A stretch of DNA of 64,000 bases from Alphaproteobacteria bacterium (GTDB lineage Bacteria; Pseudomonadota; Alphaproteobacteria; MPNO01; UBA830): positions 3,264,001 to 3,328,000 of the forward strand of contig OZ251539.1 in the NCBI GenBank assembly GCA_965243135.1, written 5' to 3'. Numbering within the stretch: position 1 is the first letter of the stretch; the number at the start of each line of letters is the position of its first letter. Both the position numbers and the translations under genes were made by a program. The notes below the pieces were generated by a model, which worked only from the letters and a program-made list of their open reading frames with translations, was not told the origin of the DNA and searched no databases. This document shows, in pieces, positions 9,175 to 21,060 of the stretch.

Positions 9175-9640
9175 CTTTGCCTCGGCGCCGCGGTCGCCAT
9201 GGCGATCGCCTTTCCGCCCCCTCGCCCCGGCAGGCGGCCGAAAGCGCGTTGACGAGCTTCAAGAAGCGGGGACCGCGCTCGCGTTCCGCCCACGCGGGCA
9301 GCGCGGCGTCGACTTCGAAGGAACATGAGGGCGCGCCGACGCTCGACGTTCGGGAACCGGGAATGCCGGGCGGCGCGGAGAGCCAACCGACCCCTTGCCG
9401 TTTCCGGAATGCTGCGCATGGCATTCTGCTCTGTTATCGCGACATTATGCCATTGTCGTCCGCGGATGACCATCCACTGCGCGCCGCTCTTCGGACCCGC
9501 GGAGTCGACCGCGCTTGCGCGACGCGACGCGGCCTTTTACGGGCCTTCCGAGGACAATCGGCGAAGCCGCGCCCGCCTCTCCGGCGCGGCTTCACAAAAA
9601 TGTTATTGGCCTGCGCGTCGCCGGAGCCTATATTTGCGGC

Positions 9641-10366
9641 ATGAAAAAACTCGTTCCCCTCGCTGTCGCTTCGCTAACGCTCGCTGCGGCGACGGCGAGC
9701 GCCGACAACGATCCCGTCGTCGTCGAGCTTTTCACCTCGCAGAGTTGCTATTCGTGCCCGCCGGCCGAGAAATTCCTCGGCGAACTCGCCGGAAGAAAGG
9801 ATGTCCTCGCGCTCGAGTTTCATGTCGACTACTGGAACGATCTCGTATTCGGCGAAGCCGGACGATGGAAGGACGTTTTCTCCAAGCGCGCCTTTACGGA
9901 ACGGCAGATCGGTTACAATCAGCGAATCCGCGAACAGTCGAACGTGTACACGCCGCAAATGGTCGTGGGCGGGCGGCTGGAAGCCGTCGGATCGCATCGC
10001 GCCAACGTCCTGTCCGCGATCGAGGCCTCCGCAACCGACCGAAACGACCGCGTTCGCATCGAGATCGCCCTCGACCCCGAAACGAACGTGACCCTCGCCG
10101 GCGATTCCGTCGAACGCGGAACCGTATGGCTCGTTCGGTTCGTCGAACGGCATCGAACCGACGTGCGGGGCGGCGAGAACAAGGGCAAGTCTCTGGTCAA
10201 CCACCATGTCGTGACGGAGGTCCGGCGAATCGGCGAATGGGCGGGACAGGGCATGTCTGTGACGGTGACGGATTTCTCCCTGGCGGCGGGAGAGGGATGC
10301 GCCGTGCTCGTGCAGGACGATCGCCAAGGCCCGATTCTGGGCGCCGGCGCCTGTCCGGCGCTCTGA
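9641..10366 (+). CDS. DUF1223 secreted thioredoxin-like protein
   Basis: Signal peptide; VVELFTSQSCYSCPPA, FHVDYWN, YTPQMVV. Confidence 0.9.
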   Translation: MKKLVPLAVASLTLAAATASADNDPVVVELFTSQSCYSCPPAEKFLGELAGRKDVLALEFHVDYWNDLVFGEAGRWKDVFSKRAFTERQIGYNQRIREQSNVYTPQMVVGGRLEAVGSHRANVLSAIEASATDRNDRVRIEIALDPETNVTLAGDSVERGTVWLVRFVERHRTDVRGGENKGKSLVNHHVVTEVRRIGEWAGQGMSVTVTDFSLAAGEGCAVLVQDDRQGPILGAGACPAL

Positions 10367-10454
10367 TCGGGAAGAAGGCGGCCGGCAGACCGACCGAATT
10401 GCCGAACCGCCGGCGGCCGCGTAAGCTCCCTCTTGGACGCGAAGCGGAGGCCGC

Positions 10455-11327
10455 ATGTTCGAATTCGGCGACGTCACGGTCGCTCCGATCGTCGAAATGG
10501 AACTGCCGCTGCTCGAAGCCGCGGCGTTCTTCCCCGATTGGAACGAGGACGCGATCGAACCGCACCGCGAGTGGATGGTTCCGCGCCACTACGACCCGGC
10601 AAGCGGCAAGGTCGTGATCAATATCCAGTCCTTCCTGGTCCGCACGCCTCGCCATACGATCCTGGTCGACACCTGCGTCGGCAACCGCAAGCGGCGCAAC
10701 CGGGAGTTTTTCGACGACGCGGCGTTCCCCTGGATGGACCGTTTCCTCGCGGCCGGCGCGACGCCCGAGGAAATCGATTTCGTCCTGTGCACCCACATGC
10801 ACGTCGATCACGTCGGCTGGAACACCAGGCTCGAGAACGGGCGCTGGGTTCCGACGTTTCCCAACGCGAAATACATCTTCGCGCGATCCGAACTCGACTT
10901 CTGGCTGCGGCAGTCGGAACGGAACCTGATGACGCGCACCGGCGATTACGTGGCCGACAGCGTGATCCCGATACTCGACGCAAGGCGCGAACTGCTGGTC
11001 GAAACGGATCACCAGATCGACGACGGGCTTACGCTGGAACCGTTGCCCGGCCACACGCCGGGAATGGTGGGACTTCGCATCTCTTCCGGTGGACGCGAAG
11101 CGGTCCTCTGCGGCGATCTCATGCATCATATGATCCAGTGCCATATTCCCGGCTGGAGCACCATCGCCTGCGCCGACCGCGAAGCGGCCCGGGCCACCCG
11201 GGAAGCGTTCCTCGACCGCTACGCCGAAACGGACGTCACCGTCGTCCCGTCCCACTTCCCGACCCCGACGGCGGGCGCGATCGTTCCTTGCGGGGGAGCC
11301 TTCGCTTTCCGCTACCTGGGCGAATGA
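10455..11327 (+). CDS. MBL-fold metallo-hydrolase
   Basis: THMHVDHVG, PGHTPG, GDLMH, SHF. Confidence 0.9.
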   Translation: MFEFGDVTVAPIVEMELPLLEAAAFFPDWNEDAIEPHREWMVPRHYDPASGKVVINIQSFLVRTPRHTILVDTCVGNRKRRNREFFDDAAFPWMDRFLAAGATPEEIDFVLCTHMHVDHVGWNTRLENGRWVPTFPNAKYIFARSELDFWLRQSERNLMTRTGDYVADSVIPILDARRELLVETDHQIDDGLTLEPLPGHTPGMVGLRISSGGREAVLCGDLMHHMIQCHIPGWSTIACADREAARATREAFLDRYAETDVTVVPSHFPTPTAGAIVPCGGAFAFRYLGE

Positions 11328-11451
11328 ACGCGGACGCCGGCCCGTCCGCCGGAACGAGGGCAGCGGGCGCGACGGCCGCTTCGCAAACGGCGCGGCGGTC
11401 CGCTCCGAAACGATCCCCGGAGCGGCTTCGAAAAGACGTTCCGCGCCGAAT

Positions 11452-13116
11452 TCAGAACAGTCCCTCGATCCTTCCCCCCGCGCCGAGCCTGATGGCGGCG
11501 GCGGCGGGAACCCGCGGCAGTCCGGGCATCGTCATGATGTCGCCGCAGATCGCCACCACGAATTCCGCGCCGGCCGAAAGCCGGACCTCGCGCACCGGAA
11601 CGACGTGATCGACCGGCGCGCCCTTGAGTTCCGGATCGACCGAGAAGCTGTACTGGGTCTTGGCCATGCACACCGGCAGGTTCCGGTAACCCTCCTCCTC
11701 CCAGCGCCGAAGCTGGTCGAGAACCCGCCTGTCCGCAGTCGCTTCGGCGCCGCGATAAATCTCGCGGACGACCGTGCCGATCTTGTCGAACAGGCCCATG
11801 TCGTCCGGATAGAGCGTCCTGAAATCCGCGTCGCCGCGCGCCACGACCGCGTCCACCTCTCGCGCCAGCGCCTCGATGCCCGCGGAACCGTCCGCCCAGT
11901 GGGTGCATTCCACCACCGGGACTTCGCCGCCGATCCCGGACGCCACGACCGCGACCTCGGCGTCGCTGTCGTCCGCGAAACGGTTGACGGCCACGACCGG
12001 AGGCACTCCGAAACGCGCGACGTTCTCGACGTGCCGGCGAAGATTGGGGAGGCCCTTCGCGACCGCCCCCGCGTTCTCCGTCCCCAGATCCCGGCGCGCG
12101 ACCCCGCCGTGCATCTTGAGGGCGCGGACGGTGGCCACGATCACGGCGGCGTCGGGCCGAAGGTTCGCCTTGCGGCACTTGATGTCGAAGAACTTCTCGG
12201 CGCCGAGATCCGCCCCGAAGCCGGCCTCGGTCACCACGTAGTCCGCCAGGCGAAGCGCCGCTTCCGTCGCGATCACCGAATTGCACCCGTGCGCAATGTT
12301 GGCGAACGGGCCGCCGTGGACGAAGGCGGGGTTGTTCTCCAGCGTCTGCACCAGATTGGGCATCAACGCGTCTTTCAACAGAACGGCCATCGCGCCGTCG
12401 GCCTGCAGGCGGCCGGCGGTCACCGGGGCGCGGTCGCGAGTCTGGCCGACGACGACGTTCGCGAGGCGGCGCTCCAGATCCGGGAGCGACAGCGCGAGGC
12501 AAAAGATCGCCATCACTTCGGAAGCGACGGTGATGTCGAAGCCGCTTTCGCGGGCGAAGCCGTTGGCGACGCCGCCCAACCCGACGGCGACCTCGCGCAG
12601 CGCGCGATCGTTGATGTCCACGACCCGCCGCCAGGAAATCCGGCGCGAATCGAGTTCCGCCGCGTTGTCCCAATAGACATGGTTGTCGACCATCGCGGCG
12701 AGGAGATTATGCGCCGCGCCGATGGCGTGCATATCGCCGGTGAAATGGAGATTGATGTCCTCCATCGGCACCACTTGGGCGTACCCGCCGCCGGCCGCGC
12801 CGCCCTTCATGCCGAAGCACGGACCGAGGGAAGGCTCGCGGATGCAAACCGCCGCCTTCCTGCCGATGCGGTTCAACCCGTCGACCAGGCCCACCGTGGT
12901 CGTCGTCTTGCCTTCGCCGGCGGGGGTGGGCGTAATCGCCGTCACGAGAACCAGCTTGCCCCTTGGACGGTCGCGAAGTCCGTCGAGAAAGCCATGGTCG
13001 AGTTTGGCCTTGTCGACTCCATAAGCGCGAAGCGCATCGGCCGGTATTCCCATGCCGGCGCCGATCTCGCCGATCGGCAGGGTCTTCGCGGCGCGGGCGA
13101 TCTCGATATCGGTCAT
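11452..13116 (-). CDS. fhs: Formate-tetrahydrofolate ligase
   Basis: [49 protein letters not shown]. Confidence 0.97.
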   Translation of the reverse strand: MTDIEIARAAKTLPIGEIGAGMGIPADALRAYGVDKAKLDHGFLDGLRDRPRGKLVLVTAITPTPAGEGKTTTTVGLVDGLNRIGRKAAVCIREPSLGPCFGMKGGAAGGGYAQVVPMEDINLHFTGDMHAIGAAHNLLAAMVDNHVYWDNAAELDSRRISWRRVVDINDRALREVAVGLGGVANGFARESGFDITVASEVMAIFCLALSLPDLERRLANVVVGQTRDRAPVTAGRLQADGAMAVLLKDALMPNLVQTLENNPAFVHGGPFANIAHGCNSVIATEAALRLADYVVTEAGFGADLGAEKFFDIKCRKANLRPDAAVIVATVRALKMHGGVARRDLGTENAGAVAKGLPNLRRHVENVARFGVPPVVAVNRFADDSDAEVAVVASGIGGEVPVVECTHWADGSAGIEALAREVDAVVARGDADFRTLYPDDMGLFDKIGTVVREIYRGAEATADRRVLDQLRRWEEEGYRNLPVCMAKTQYSFSVDPELKGAPVDHVVPVREVRLSAGAEFVVAICGDIMTMPGLPRVPAAAAIRLGAGGRIEGLF

Positions 13117-13263
13117 GAGCCTCTCCGACAGCGGCGGGAGAACGTAATCGCCGCCGAAGCAAATCACAAACGGCGGCGCGTTTGCGAGCAGGAAAACCGA
13201 GCGTATGACACGCGGACGGGCAGGCTATAGGTTTACCCGTCGTTTCAAAGGTCGGCGGTCGCC

Positions 13264-15411
13264 ATGCGGACCCGAATCCTTCTTCTGATTTTGGTTCTCG
13301 CCGGCGCGGCGGCGGGGCCGCCGCTCCATGCCCAGAGCGCCGCCGCGCCGCCGGCCCAGGAGGAAGCCGCCGGGCCGAGCCAGGCCGAGTTGACGGACCT
13401 CGTGGCGGACATCGAGGATCCGGAAGCCCGCGCGAAGTTGCTGACCCGCCTCAAGATCCTCCTTGCGGCGACCGACGGGACCGCAAAACCGGAGGCGGCC
13501 GGGGAAAGCGGAATCGCCAAAGCGCTGTCGGAGCGAATCGACCGCCTCAGCGAGGAACTGGTCGCCGGCGCCGCGCTGTTGCTCGATCCTCCGCGCGTCG
13601 CCGCATGGATTCGCGATCAGGCGGAACGCAAGGAATCGAGGAACCTCTGGCTGAACGTTCTGTGGATGTCGGCGGTCGTTCTGGCTGCCGGGCTGATCGC
13701 CGAACTCGGCGCGCGCCGCCTCCTGTCCCGCACGCGCGAAAGATTGCTGCCGCGGCACGTCGCAGCCCGGACGTCGCTCGACCTCGTTTCCATCGCCTCC
13801 TTCGCCGTCGCCGCTTACGCCGCGCTTTTCCTGCTCGGAGCCGGGGAGGCGACCCGCGCGGTCGCGGCGCCCTTGGTGGCCGCCAGCGTCGTCGCCCGAG
13901 CCGCCGCGGTTCTCGCCACGACGTTTTTCGCGCCGGGCGCGCCGCACATGCGCGCAACGAAACTCGACGACGAAACCGCGAACTATCTGGCGCTTTGGAT
14001 CCGCCGCTTCGCCAATGTCGGCGCCTACGGCTACTTTCTGGTCGAGTCGACGAGGCTGCTGGGGCTTCCGCACGGCGGTCAGTTCCTGCTCGGAAGGGCG
14101 GTCGGCCTGCTTCTGGCGTCGCTGGCGATCATCTTCGTCCTGCAGAACCGCCGGAGCGTCGCAGCGCGGATTCGCGGAGACGGCGGGAGCCTCGGCGCCC
14201 TTCGCCGCCGTTTCGCCGCCGTCTGGCACCTGTTCGCGGCGGGGTATTTCGGGGCCGTCTACGTCGTCTGGGCGCTGGAGACCGGGTTCGAATTCGTCTT
14301 CCGCGCCACCGTGATCAGCGCCGCGATCGTCGCGGCGGCCAAGGTCCTGACGTCGGGCTCCCGCATCGCCCTCGACAGGGGTTTCGGATTGCGGCCGGAA
14401 CTCGTCCGGCGGCATCCGGGGCTCGTCGAACGGGCGAACCGGTATTTTTCGGCGCTGCATCACGCGGTTTCCTGGACGATCGCGGCCGCGGCGGCCCTCG
14501 CGATCCTGCGGGCCTGGGGCGTCGACTCCTTCGGCTGGATCGACAGCGAGACGGCGCGCCGGGCGATCGGCAGCCTGGTCACGAGCGCGATCGTGGTCGT
14601 CGTCGCGGTGGCGCTGTGGGAAGTCGCGAGCTCCGCCATCGAGCGCTATCTGGAGTCGGCCGCGAACGGCGACCCCGGGCGCCGCGCGCGCACCCTCCTG
14701 CCCTTGCTTCGCCGGGTCCTGATGATCGTCACCGCCACCGTGATCGGACTCGTGCTTCTTTCGGAAATCGGCGTGGACATCGGGCCGCTGCTGGCCGGAG
14801 CGGGCGTCGTCGGCCTCGCGGTCGGGTTCGGCGCGCAGACGCTGGTGAAGGACGTGATCACCGGCGTCTTCATCCTCGCGGAGAACCAGTTCGGGGTCGA
14901 CGACGTCGTGCGCGTCGGCGACAGGTCGGGGGTGGTCGAGGACATCTCCATCCGCACCATCCGTCTCCGCGACCTGAGGGGCAACGTTCACATCATTCCG
15001 TTCAGTTCGGTTTCGACCGTGGAGAACATGACCAGCGAGTTCTCCCGCTACCTGTTCGACATCGGCGTCGCCTACCGCGAAGACGTGGACGAAGTGATCG
15101 AGGTCCTCGAAGCGCTCGGCGAGGAGATGCGGGCCGATGCCGTCTACGGCGGCTGGATCCACGAGCCCTTGGAGATCATGGGGCTGAACGAGCTCGGCGA
15201 TTCCGCGGTGGTCGTCCGCTCGCGCTTCACCACCGATCCCGGCAGGCAGTGGCAGGTCGGCCGCGAGTTCAATCGCCGGATCAAGCGCCGCTTCGACGAG
15301 CTCGGCATCGAAATCCCGTTCCCGCACCGGACGGTTTATTTCGGGGAAGGGAAGGAAGGCGGCGCGCCGCCGGCCTTCGTGCGCGAAGAGCGGGAAGCGG
15401 GCGCGGAATAG
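13264..15411 (+). CDS. Large MscS-family mechanosensitive channel (YbiO-like)
   Basis: Signal peptide, many TM helices, LLAGAGVVGLAVGFGAQTLVKD, GIEIPFP. Confidence 0.92.
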   Translation: MRTRILLLILVLAGAAAGPPLHAQSAAAPPAQEEAAGPSQAELTDLVADIEDPEARAKLLTRLKILLAATDGTAKPEAAGESGIAKALSERIDRLSEELVAGAALLLDPPRVAAWIRDQAERKESRNLWLNVLWMSAVVLAAGLIAELGARRLLSRTRERLLPRHVAARTSLDLVSIASFAVAAYAALFLLGAGEATRAVAAPLVAASVVARAAAVLATTFFAPGAPHMRATKLDDETANYLALWIRRFANVGAYGYFLVESTRLLGLPHGGQFLLGRAVGLLLASLAIIFVLQNRRSVAARIRGDGGSLGALRRRFAAVWHLFAAGYFGAVYVVWALETGFEFVFRATVISAAIVAAAKVLTSGSRIALDRGFGLRPELVRRHPGLVERANRYFSALHHAVSWTIAAAAALAILRAWGVDSFGWIDSETARRAIGSLVTSAIVVVVAVALWEVASSAIERYLESAANGDPGRRARTLLPLLRRVLMIVTATVIGLVLLSEIGVDIGPLLAGAGVVGLAVGFGAQTLVKDVITGVFILAENQFGVDDVVRVGDRSGVVEDISIRTIRLRDLRGNVHIIPFSSVSTVENMTSEFSRYLFDIGVAYREDVDEVIEVLEALGEEMRADAVYGGWIHEPLEIMGLNELGDSAVVVRSRFTTDPGRQWQVGREFNRRIKRRFDELGIEIPFPHRTVYFGEGKEGGAPPAFVREEREAGAE

Positions 15412-15584
15412 CGTCGGCGCGGAACCGCGCATCGCGCGAGGACCAGGGGGTCATGGCCGAAATCGAGACCCGAACGACCTTGCCTGCCCCTTACGAGCGC
15501 AAAGCGCTCCGAACTCGCTGCAACCGACACGGCCTGCAGCGTTCGGACCGCGCCGACGAATCTCGTTCCGGCGGGCACCTTCTC

Positions 15585-15960
15585 GGATAAGCATCGCGCA
15601 CTGCATCCCAGTCGCCAAAGTACCAAGCCTCTAGCTCTTCGATCACGAAACGCTATCTGCCACGAGTTATCGGCAACCTGGGTCCGAGTACGCAGATTCG
15701 ACGCCGCCGCCTCAAGCTGTCTTTTTAAATCGTGGCAATCATCATTGTCGCGATCGACCATCACGACTATACGCCAATCAGACGGAAGCCAACTCGCGGA
15801 TAACCTTTCACCCAGATTCCGCAACAATCTAGATTTGCCGCGAGATGCATGGACCTTGAACGTGCAACCACTCGGAAGAAGACGTGGAAGCAGGCCTCGC
15901 AAAAAACTCCATCGAGGATTCCTCGACAAAAAATTTCAAGTCCCGTGCCTTATCAATTAA
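15585..15960 (-). pseudogene. DUF4276-like partner of the upstream ATPase, frameshifted and truncated
   Basis: FVEESSME, RGLLPRLLP..GKSRLL..VMVDRDNDDC and IEELEAWYFGDW lie in shifted frames. Confidence 0.7.
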
Positions 15961-15962
15961 GT

Positions 15963-17204
15963 TTATTCTCCAAAATACGCTGGGTCGCCATTCCGAAAAA
16001 GGGGATCTCCCAATCCAAAATATCCCTCCATCCACAAATCTCCAAGAATGGCGCCATTTTTGATTAATGCCTCTATGTTGCTCAAATCCGCCACGGGCTG
16101 CGTACGCGTATAGCCCGCTTCGTCACGCCATAGAACTCGAACCTCCTCCGCCCGAAGCGCATCCACGAATAACGGCGAATGCGTGGTGATAAGAAGCTGC
16201 GTATGCTCGCAGGCGGCGCGGCATTCCTCGGCCAATTCAAAAAGGAGACGAGGATGCAGAAAATTTTCAGGTTCTTCAATACCTATAAACGGCGGCGGAT
16301 CCAGATCGTACAACAGCACGAACAAAGTAAGCATCTTTAATGTGCCATCAGAGGCAAACCGTGCTAAAACAGGATTTCCAAATGGAGCATCCTTGATTTT
16401 CAACGACAATCGGCCGTCCGACATCGTCTCGGTCAATACCCTTTCTATGCGCGGCACGCGTCTTCGGAGCGTTTCGATTATCTTCTCGAGTCGCGTCGAG
16501 TGCCGCTCGCTCAGGCATTGTATGACATTGGCGAGGTTGTCTCCGGTGGCGCTAAGCCGCTCTTGCGGATCCGTTCCCTGTTGCCCTCGGACGTTGTCCG
16601 CAGAAAGACGTGAGACATGGCATCCCATGACGAAGTCACGCAGCGCCGCTACCCGCGGATGTTCCTGCAACTGGCCAAGTACATTGGCAGCCAGAAGATC
16701 GGGCGACTTAAGGAGAATTGTCCGACGTTCGTCTTCGACGCGTGGCTCGTCGCCGCCGGTCGATTCGCCTTCGCCGCCGCTGAAACGGAGGAAACGAAAT
16801 GGGCCGCCCCGACGGCCAAGCCTCCACGCCAACCATTCATGCGCGACTGTCGGAGAGCCGCCATCCTCGTCGATTTCCAAATGATACGTGATCAATCTTT
16901 CCCCAGGCCGCTCGCGGTATTTCATTTCGATGACGATCGGTCCTTGGGAGTCGCGGGTCCTTAACTCTTTGGCGCGGCCGCGGCGATTCCATGCGCTGTG
17001 CAGGCCGAATTGAAAGCACTCCGCGAGGAACGCAAAGACGTCGAACACCGTGGATTTACCGCTGCCGTTCGGGCCGATAAGCACCGTCATCGGGGTTAGA
17101 TCGCGAAATTCAACTTCCCGAAGCGCTCGGAAATTTCGGACCTTCAGACACTCCACTCGAGGAATTTTTTGACACGCCGATTCGCGCATGTCGATTTCTC
17201 CCAA
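15963..17204 (-). CDS. AAA_21-type (ABC-like) ATPase
   Basis: [35 protein letters not shown]. Confidence 0.9.
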   Translation of the reverse strand: MGEIDMRESACQKIPRVECLKVRNFRALREVEFRDLTPMTVLIGPNGSGKSTVFDVFAFLAECFQFGLHSAWNRRGRAKELRTRDSQGPIVIEMKYRERPGERLITYHLEIDEDGGSPTVAHEWLAWRLGRRGGPFRFLRFSGGEGESTGGDEPRVEDERRTILLKSPDLLAANVLGQLQEHPRVAALRDFVMGCHVSRLSADNVRGQQGTDPQERLSATGDNLANVIQCLSERHSTRLEKIIETLRRRVPRIERVLTETMSDGRLSLKIKDAPFGNPVLARFASDGTLKMLTLFVLLYDLDPPPFIGIEEPENFLHPRLLFELAEECRAACEHTQLLITTHSPLFVDALRAEEVRVLWRDEAGYTRTQPVADLSNIEALIKNGAILGDLWMEGYFGLGDPLFRNGDPAYFGE

Positions 17205-17533
17205 GTGAAACTACAACTTATGGACCAAGGAAAAAAGTAATGATTTGCGGAAACGAATTGTCATCATATCTACCAATTCAACTCCGTAAATCACGCATAT
17301 CTACTTTCGTCGCTTGATTACGTTCGCCACCTTTCCTTCAAAAACTCTCGCAACAATTCTCCTGCCTCCTTCATGCGAGCGCATGCGGAATCGGCAATCC
17401 GCGCCGCCCGCCCGAACAAGCGCGTTTCATACGCTCTTCTTTCGTCCATAGACGCCGGACGTGGATACAGGCAACGAGCGATCGCCGCAACCTCGTCGAA
17501 AAACCGCCTCGGCAAGCCGACGATTCGTCGGCC

Positions 17534-17905
17534 TCACTCCGCCGCATCGAGAATGTGCTGCGGCGTCGACGAAACCACCTCCGCGTATTTCGGGGAAAAG
17601 GCCCCCTTGTCGAGGTCTTCGATGTACCGCACGAACTCCGGCGCCATCGCCTGAACTTCCTTCAGGATGCGGCGATGCTCTTCCACGTCGGCCCATTCCG
17701 CGATGAGATAGAAGTGATCCGGATCGTCGACGTCCTGCAGCATGACGCCGTCCTTCACCTGCGCCGGCGACTTGTGCATCGGATTCTCGTCCGAATAGTC
17801 GAACTCCTCGAATTTCCTCAGAAACTCGGGGCCGGCGCCCGGCTTCACCCGGAAATCGTAGATGTGGAAGTAGTTCCCCTTGTTCGCAAGCGGTTCCTGC
17901 GCCAT
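17534..17905 (-). CDS. ABM/dimeric alpha-beta barrel family small protein, 123 aa
   Basis: GGAGG RBS; FRVKPG..LQDVDDPDHFYLIAEW; 3' part of the track ORF 17534..18235. Confidence 0.7.
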   Translation of the reverse strand: MAQEPLANKGNYFHIYDFRVKPGAGPEFLRKFEEFDYSDENPMHKSPAQVKDGVMLQDVDDPDHFYLIAEWADVEEHRRILKEVQAMAPEFVRYIEDLDKGAFSPKYAEVVSSTPQHILDAAE

Positions 17906-17931
17906 GTCCTCCTCCTGTTCCCTGCGCCCGG

Positions 17932-18414
17932 TCAAACCGGAAAAACCAGGCAGTTGTCGATCGTAACGCTGTCGTAGACGCACGTGCGCCGCTTCAGCAG
18001 CAGCGACTCCTCCGTTCTCTCGAACACGTCCCGGTACTTGCCCACCTGCTGCACCCGCGTCGGCTCCTCGACCAGCGTCTCGAAGAGCTGATAGTTGGCT
18101 TCCGCGCCGATCAGCGGCCCGTCGACGGAAAGAACGCGGGTGTTGGTCACCGAAAGCTGCAGGTAGCGCGGCGCGAACATCTCGGTGTTGAGGATCGCGT
18201 AGGCGCGATCTTTCAGCATCGCCTTCCCCTCGCAATAGATCAGTCCGAGCGGCAGGCCGGCCTCCTCGTTGTCTCGCGCGAGCACATGGTAGACGGCGTC
18301 GTCGGTGAAGAACCCGACCCAGCGGTCGAGGTCGAAGCGGTCGAGCGCCGCCGCGTAGTCCGCGTGAAATTCCTCGATCTCGAATCGGAGTTCGCGCCGT
18401 CCGTCCGCCGTCAA
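17932..18414 (-). CDS. Ring-hydroxylating oxygenase beta subunit
   Basis: YAAALD..W..FFTDDAVY..GKYRD..CVYDS; TTG start overlaps the alpha-subunit stop. Confidence 0.88.
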   Translation of the reverse strand: MTADGRRELRFEIEEFHADYAAALDRFDLDRWVGFFTDDAVYHVLARDNEEAGLPLGLIYCEGKAMLKDRAYAILNTEMFAPRYLQLSVTNTRVLSVDGPLIGAEANYQLFETLVEEPTRVQQVGKYRDVFERTEESLLLKRRTCVYDSVTIDNCLVFPV

Positions 18415-19658
18415 AGCTCCATCGCCTCCCGGTAGTACCGGTACATGCCGCGAATGGCGCGCTCCGTGATCATGGTGTCGAAGGGCTCGTCGTCCTCGCC
18501 CAGCATCGCGAGTCCCGCCGACGGCCGGGATCTCCGCACGCCTTCCTGCAGGAAAGCGAGCGCCTCGTTGTCCTCGATTCCGAGAAACCCGGCCGGCCCG
18601 AAGATGTTGTTCTGACGGAGCCGGTGTCGGATCATCTCGTCGTCGTCCTCCGCGCGTCCGAACACGGTCCAGATCATCATGAATTCGTTGGGACCGCGGG
18701 GCACCAGCAGCCGCGTGTTCAGAATGTTGGTCTGGCGCAACGCCGTGAGCGTCGGAAAGATCGTGAGAACGGACGCCGACCATCCGGAGTCGAACTCGCG
18801 CACGAAATCGAGAACCCGGGGATCGTTCAGTTCCATCTTCTCCTTGAACGCCAGCATGTCCCGGCGCTCCTCGCCCGATACGTCGGGCCGTCCCTCGGGC
18901 CGCCGCGTCAGCAGGCCGCCGTGGCGCCCCCGCGGATCCACGGGAATGCTGGTCTCGTTGCCGGTGACGAACAGGCCGAAGGTCGTGAGATAGGTGTGCA
19001 GCAACGTCGCGTGGTAGGGATCCTTGAGGTTTTCCTGATACAGCTTCCAGTTGCTGCGGACCAGGTTGCGATGAACGCCGAGGAGCTTCATTTCTCCGCC
19101 ATCGAACGTGGCGTCGAACTCGGTCAGGATGTCGGCCCCGAGATAATCCTCCAAGGGTTCGACGCCGTCGCTCGCGGTCGCGAATATCACGCCGCCGCGG
19201 CGCGTTACCACGTATCTGCGCAAGCCGTGCGCGGACATGTCGAAATCCTCCGGCGCGCCGCCCCTGCCCTTCACGCCGCGGCGAAACGGGATCGCCGCCA
19301 GATCGCCTCTGAGCGTGTACGTCCAGTTGTGATAGGGGCAGATGAAGCGCTCCGCGTTGCCGCGATAGGCGCGGCAGAACTCGACGCCGCGGTGGGCGCA
19401 GCGGTTCTCGAAAACGTTTATCTCGCCGTCTTCGTCCCGCGCGACGACCACCGGGTAGGGTCCGACGTAGGAGCGGAAATAGTCCCCTGGATTCGGCGCT
19501 TCGCAGTCGAGCCCGACGTAGTTCCAGTGGGGACCGAGAAAAATCCGTTCCTTTTCGCGCTCGTAGATCTCCGGATCGGTGTAGATCCAGTCCGGTATCC
19601 GGTTCCCGTCGCCCGGCCAGACCGGGCGCGCGCCTCCGCGCGTGACGACGCCGTCCAT
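18411..19658 (-). CDS. Rieske oxygenase alpha subunit (salicylate 5-hydroxylase/anthranilate dioxygenase-like)
   Basis: CAH..CPYH Rieske ligands, NWKLYQENLKDPYHATLLH, GPAGFLGIED. Confidence 0.92.
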   Translation of the reverse strand: MDGVVTRGGARPVWPGDGNRIPDWIYTDPEIYEREKERIFLGPHWNYVGLDCEAPNPGDYFRSYVGPYPVVVARDEDGEINVFENRCAHRGVEFCRAYRGNAERFICPYHNWTYTLRGDLAAIPFRRGVKGRGGAPEDFDMSAHGLRRYVVTRRGGVIFATASDGVEPLEDYLGADILTEFDATFDGGEMKLLGVHRNLVRSNWKLYQENLKDPYHATLLHTYLTTFGLFVTGNETSIPVDPRGRHGGLLTRRPEGRPDVSGEERRDMLAFKEKMELNDPRVLDFVREFDSGWSASVLTIFPTLTALRQTNILNTRLLVPRGPNEFMMIWTVFGRAEDDDEMIRHRLRQNNIFGPAGFLGIEDNEALAFLQEGVRRSRPSAGLAMLGEDDEPFDTMITERAIRGMYRYYREAMEL

Positions 19659-19823
19659 CGATCCTCCGCAAGTTTCCTCGCCTTCCGCGCCGACGGGAGC
19701 ATATCACAATCGCCGGACGCTTCCCGGACGAGGCGCCGGGCGGGCGGCGGCTGTCGCGCCGCGAATTGATCGCGGAAACCGTTTCCGTCATAAACGCCGC
19801 AGCCAACCGACCGGACGGGGGAC

Positions 19824-20930
19824 ATGAAGCTCGGATTTTTCACGATGCCGGTGCACCGCATCGACCGCGACTACACGCAGGTGCTGCAGGAAGACCGGGA
19901 AGCGATCATACTCGCGGACCGTCTGGGATATTCGGAAGCCTATGTCGGCGAGCACGTTACGGACACCGCCGAGAGCATCACCAATTCGATGCTGTTCCAG
20001 GCGAGCCTGATTTCGGAAACGAAGCGGATCAAGCTGGGCACGGGCACCACCAACCTCTCCCATACCCATCCCGTGCTGGTCGCGGCGCAAGCCGCCATGC
20101 TCGATCACCTGCTCGAAGGACGTTTCCTCTTCGGCATCAGTCCCGGCGCCCTGGAATCGGACGCCGAGGCGCTCGGCATCCGCGGGATCGACCGGAACGC
20201 GATGTTCGCCGAAGCCATCGGCCATATCGTCGACATCTGGAAGGGCGAGCCGCCCTACGACCTCGAAGGAGAACGGTGGAAGATCACCACCCGCGAAACG
20301 ATTTACCCCGAAATCGGGCTCGGCGCGATCGCGAAGCCCTATCAGAAGCCGCACCCGCCCATCCTCGGCACCGTCGTGGCGCCGTTCTCGAAAGGGGTGA
20401 TCGAGATGGGCAAGAAGGGGTTTCTTCCGATCTCGGCCAACTTCCTGCTGGACAAATGGGTCAAGACCCATTGGACCAACTACGCGCAGGGCTGCCGGGA
20501 AGCGGGACGCGCCGCGCGAACGGAAGACTGGCGCGTCGCCCGTTCGATCTTCGTCAACGACGACCATGCGAAAGCCGTGGACTACGGCATGAAGAATCCG
20601 CGCAGCCCCTACCGGTTCTATTTCAGCCAGCTCTCCACCAAGCTCAAGCGGGGCAACCGCCACGCGGTCTTCAAGCCAGAGCGCGACTTTCCCGACGAAA
20701 AGCTCACCGTCGACTTCATCGTCGACAGCCTCGTCATCGCCGGCGACGTGAACAGCGTCGTCGACCAGATACTCGCTTTCCGGGAAGTGACCGGCGATTT
20801 CGGGACCCTGCTGTACGCCGGCAAGGACTGGGAGGACAAGGCGCTCGCCACCCGTTCCATGGAGTTGATGGCCGAGAAGGTCATGCCCGCCGTGAACGCC
20901 GCGATCCGGCAGCCGCAGGCAGCCGAATAG
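19824..20930 (+). CDS. LLM-class flavin-dependent monooxygenase
   Basis: MKLGFFTMP, EAYVGEH, IKLGTG, AMLDHL..GRF, MELMAEKVMP. Confidence 0.9.
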   Translation: MKLGFFTMPVHRIDRDYTQVLQEDREAIILADRLGYSEAYVGEHVTDTAESITNSMLFQASLISETKRIKLGTGTTNLSHTHPVLVAAQAAMLDHLLEGRFLFGISPGALESDAEALGIRGIDRNAMFAEAIGHIVDIWKGEPPYDLEGERWKITTRETIYPEIGLGAIAKPYQKPHPPILGTVVAPFSKGVIEMGKKGFLPISANFLLDKWVKTHWTNYAQGCREAGRAARTEDWRVARSIFVNDDHAKAVDYGMKNPRSPYRFYFSQLSTKLKRGNRHAVFKPERDFPDEKLTVDFIVDSLVIAGDVNSVVDQILAFREVTGDFGTLLYAGKDWEDKALATRSMELMAEKVMPAVNAAIRQPQAAE

Positions 20931-21060
20931 GCGCGGCCTCCTCCCGGCGCGGCGACGCCGGGCGGCGGCTTCGCCGACGAGCGGACGCGGGCGTGCCGAC
21001 GGGCGAAGCGGGCGCGCGTTTCCGGACGTCGCGCCTTGCCCCTCATCGAGAGGAATTGCG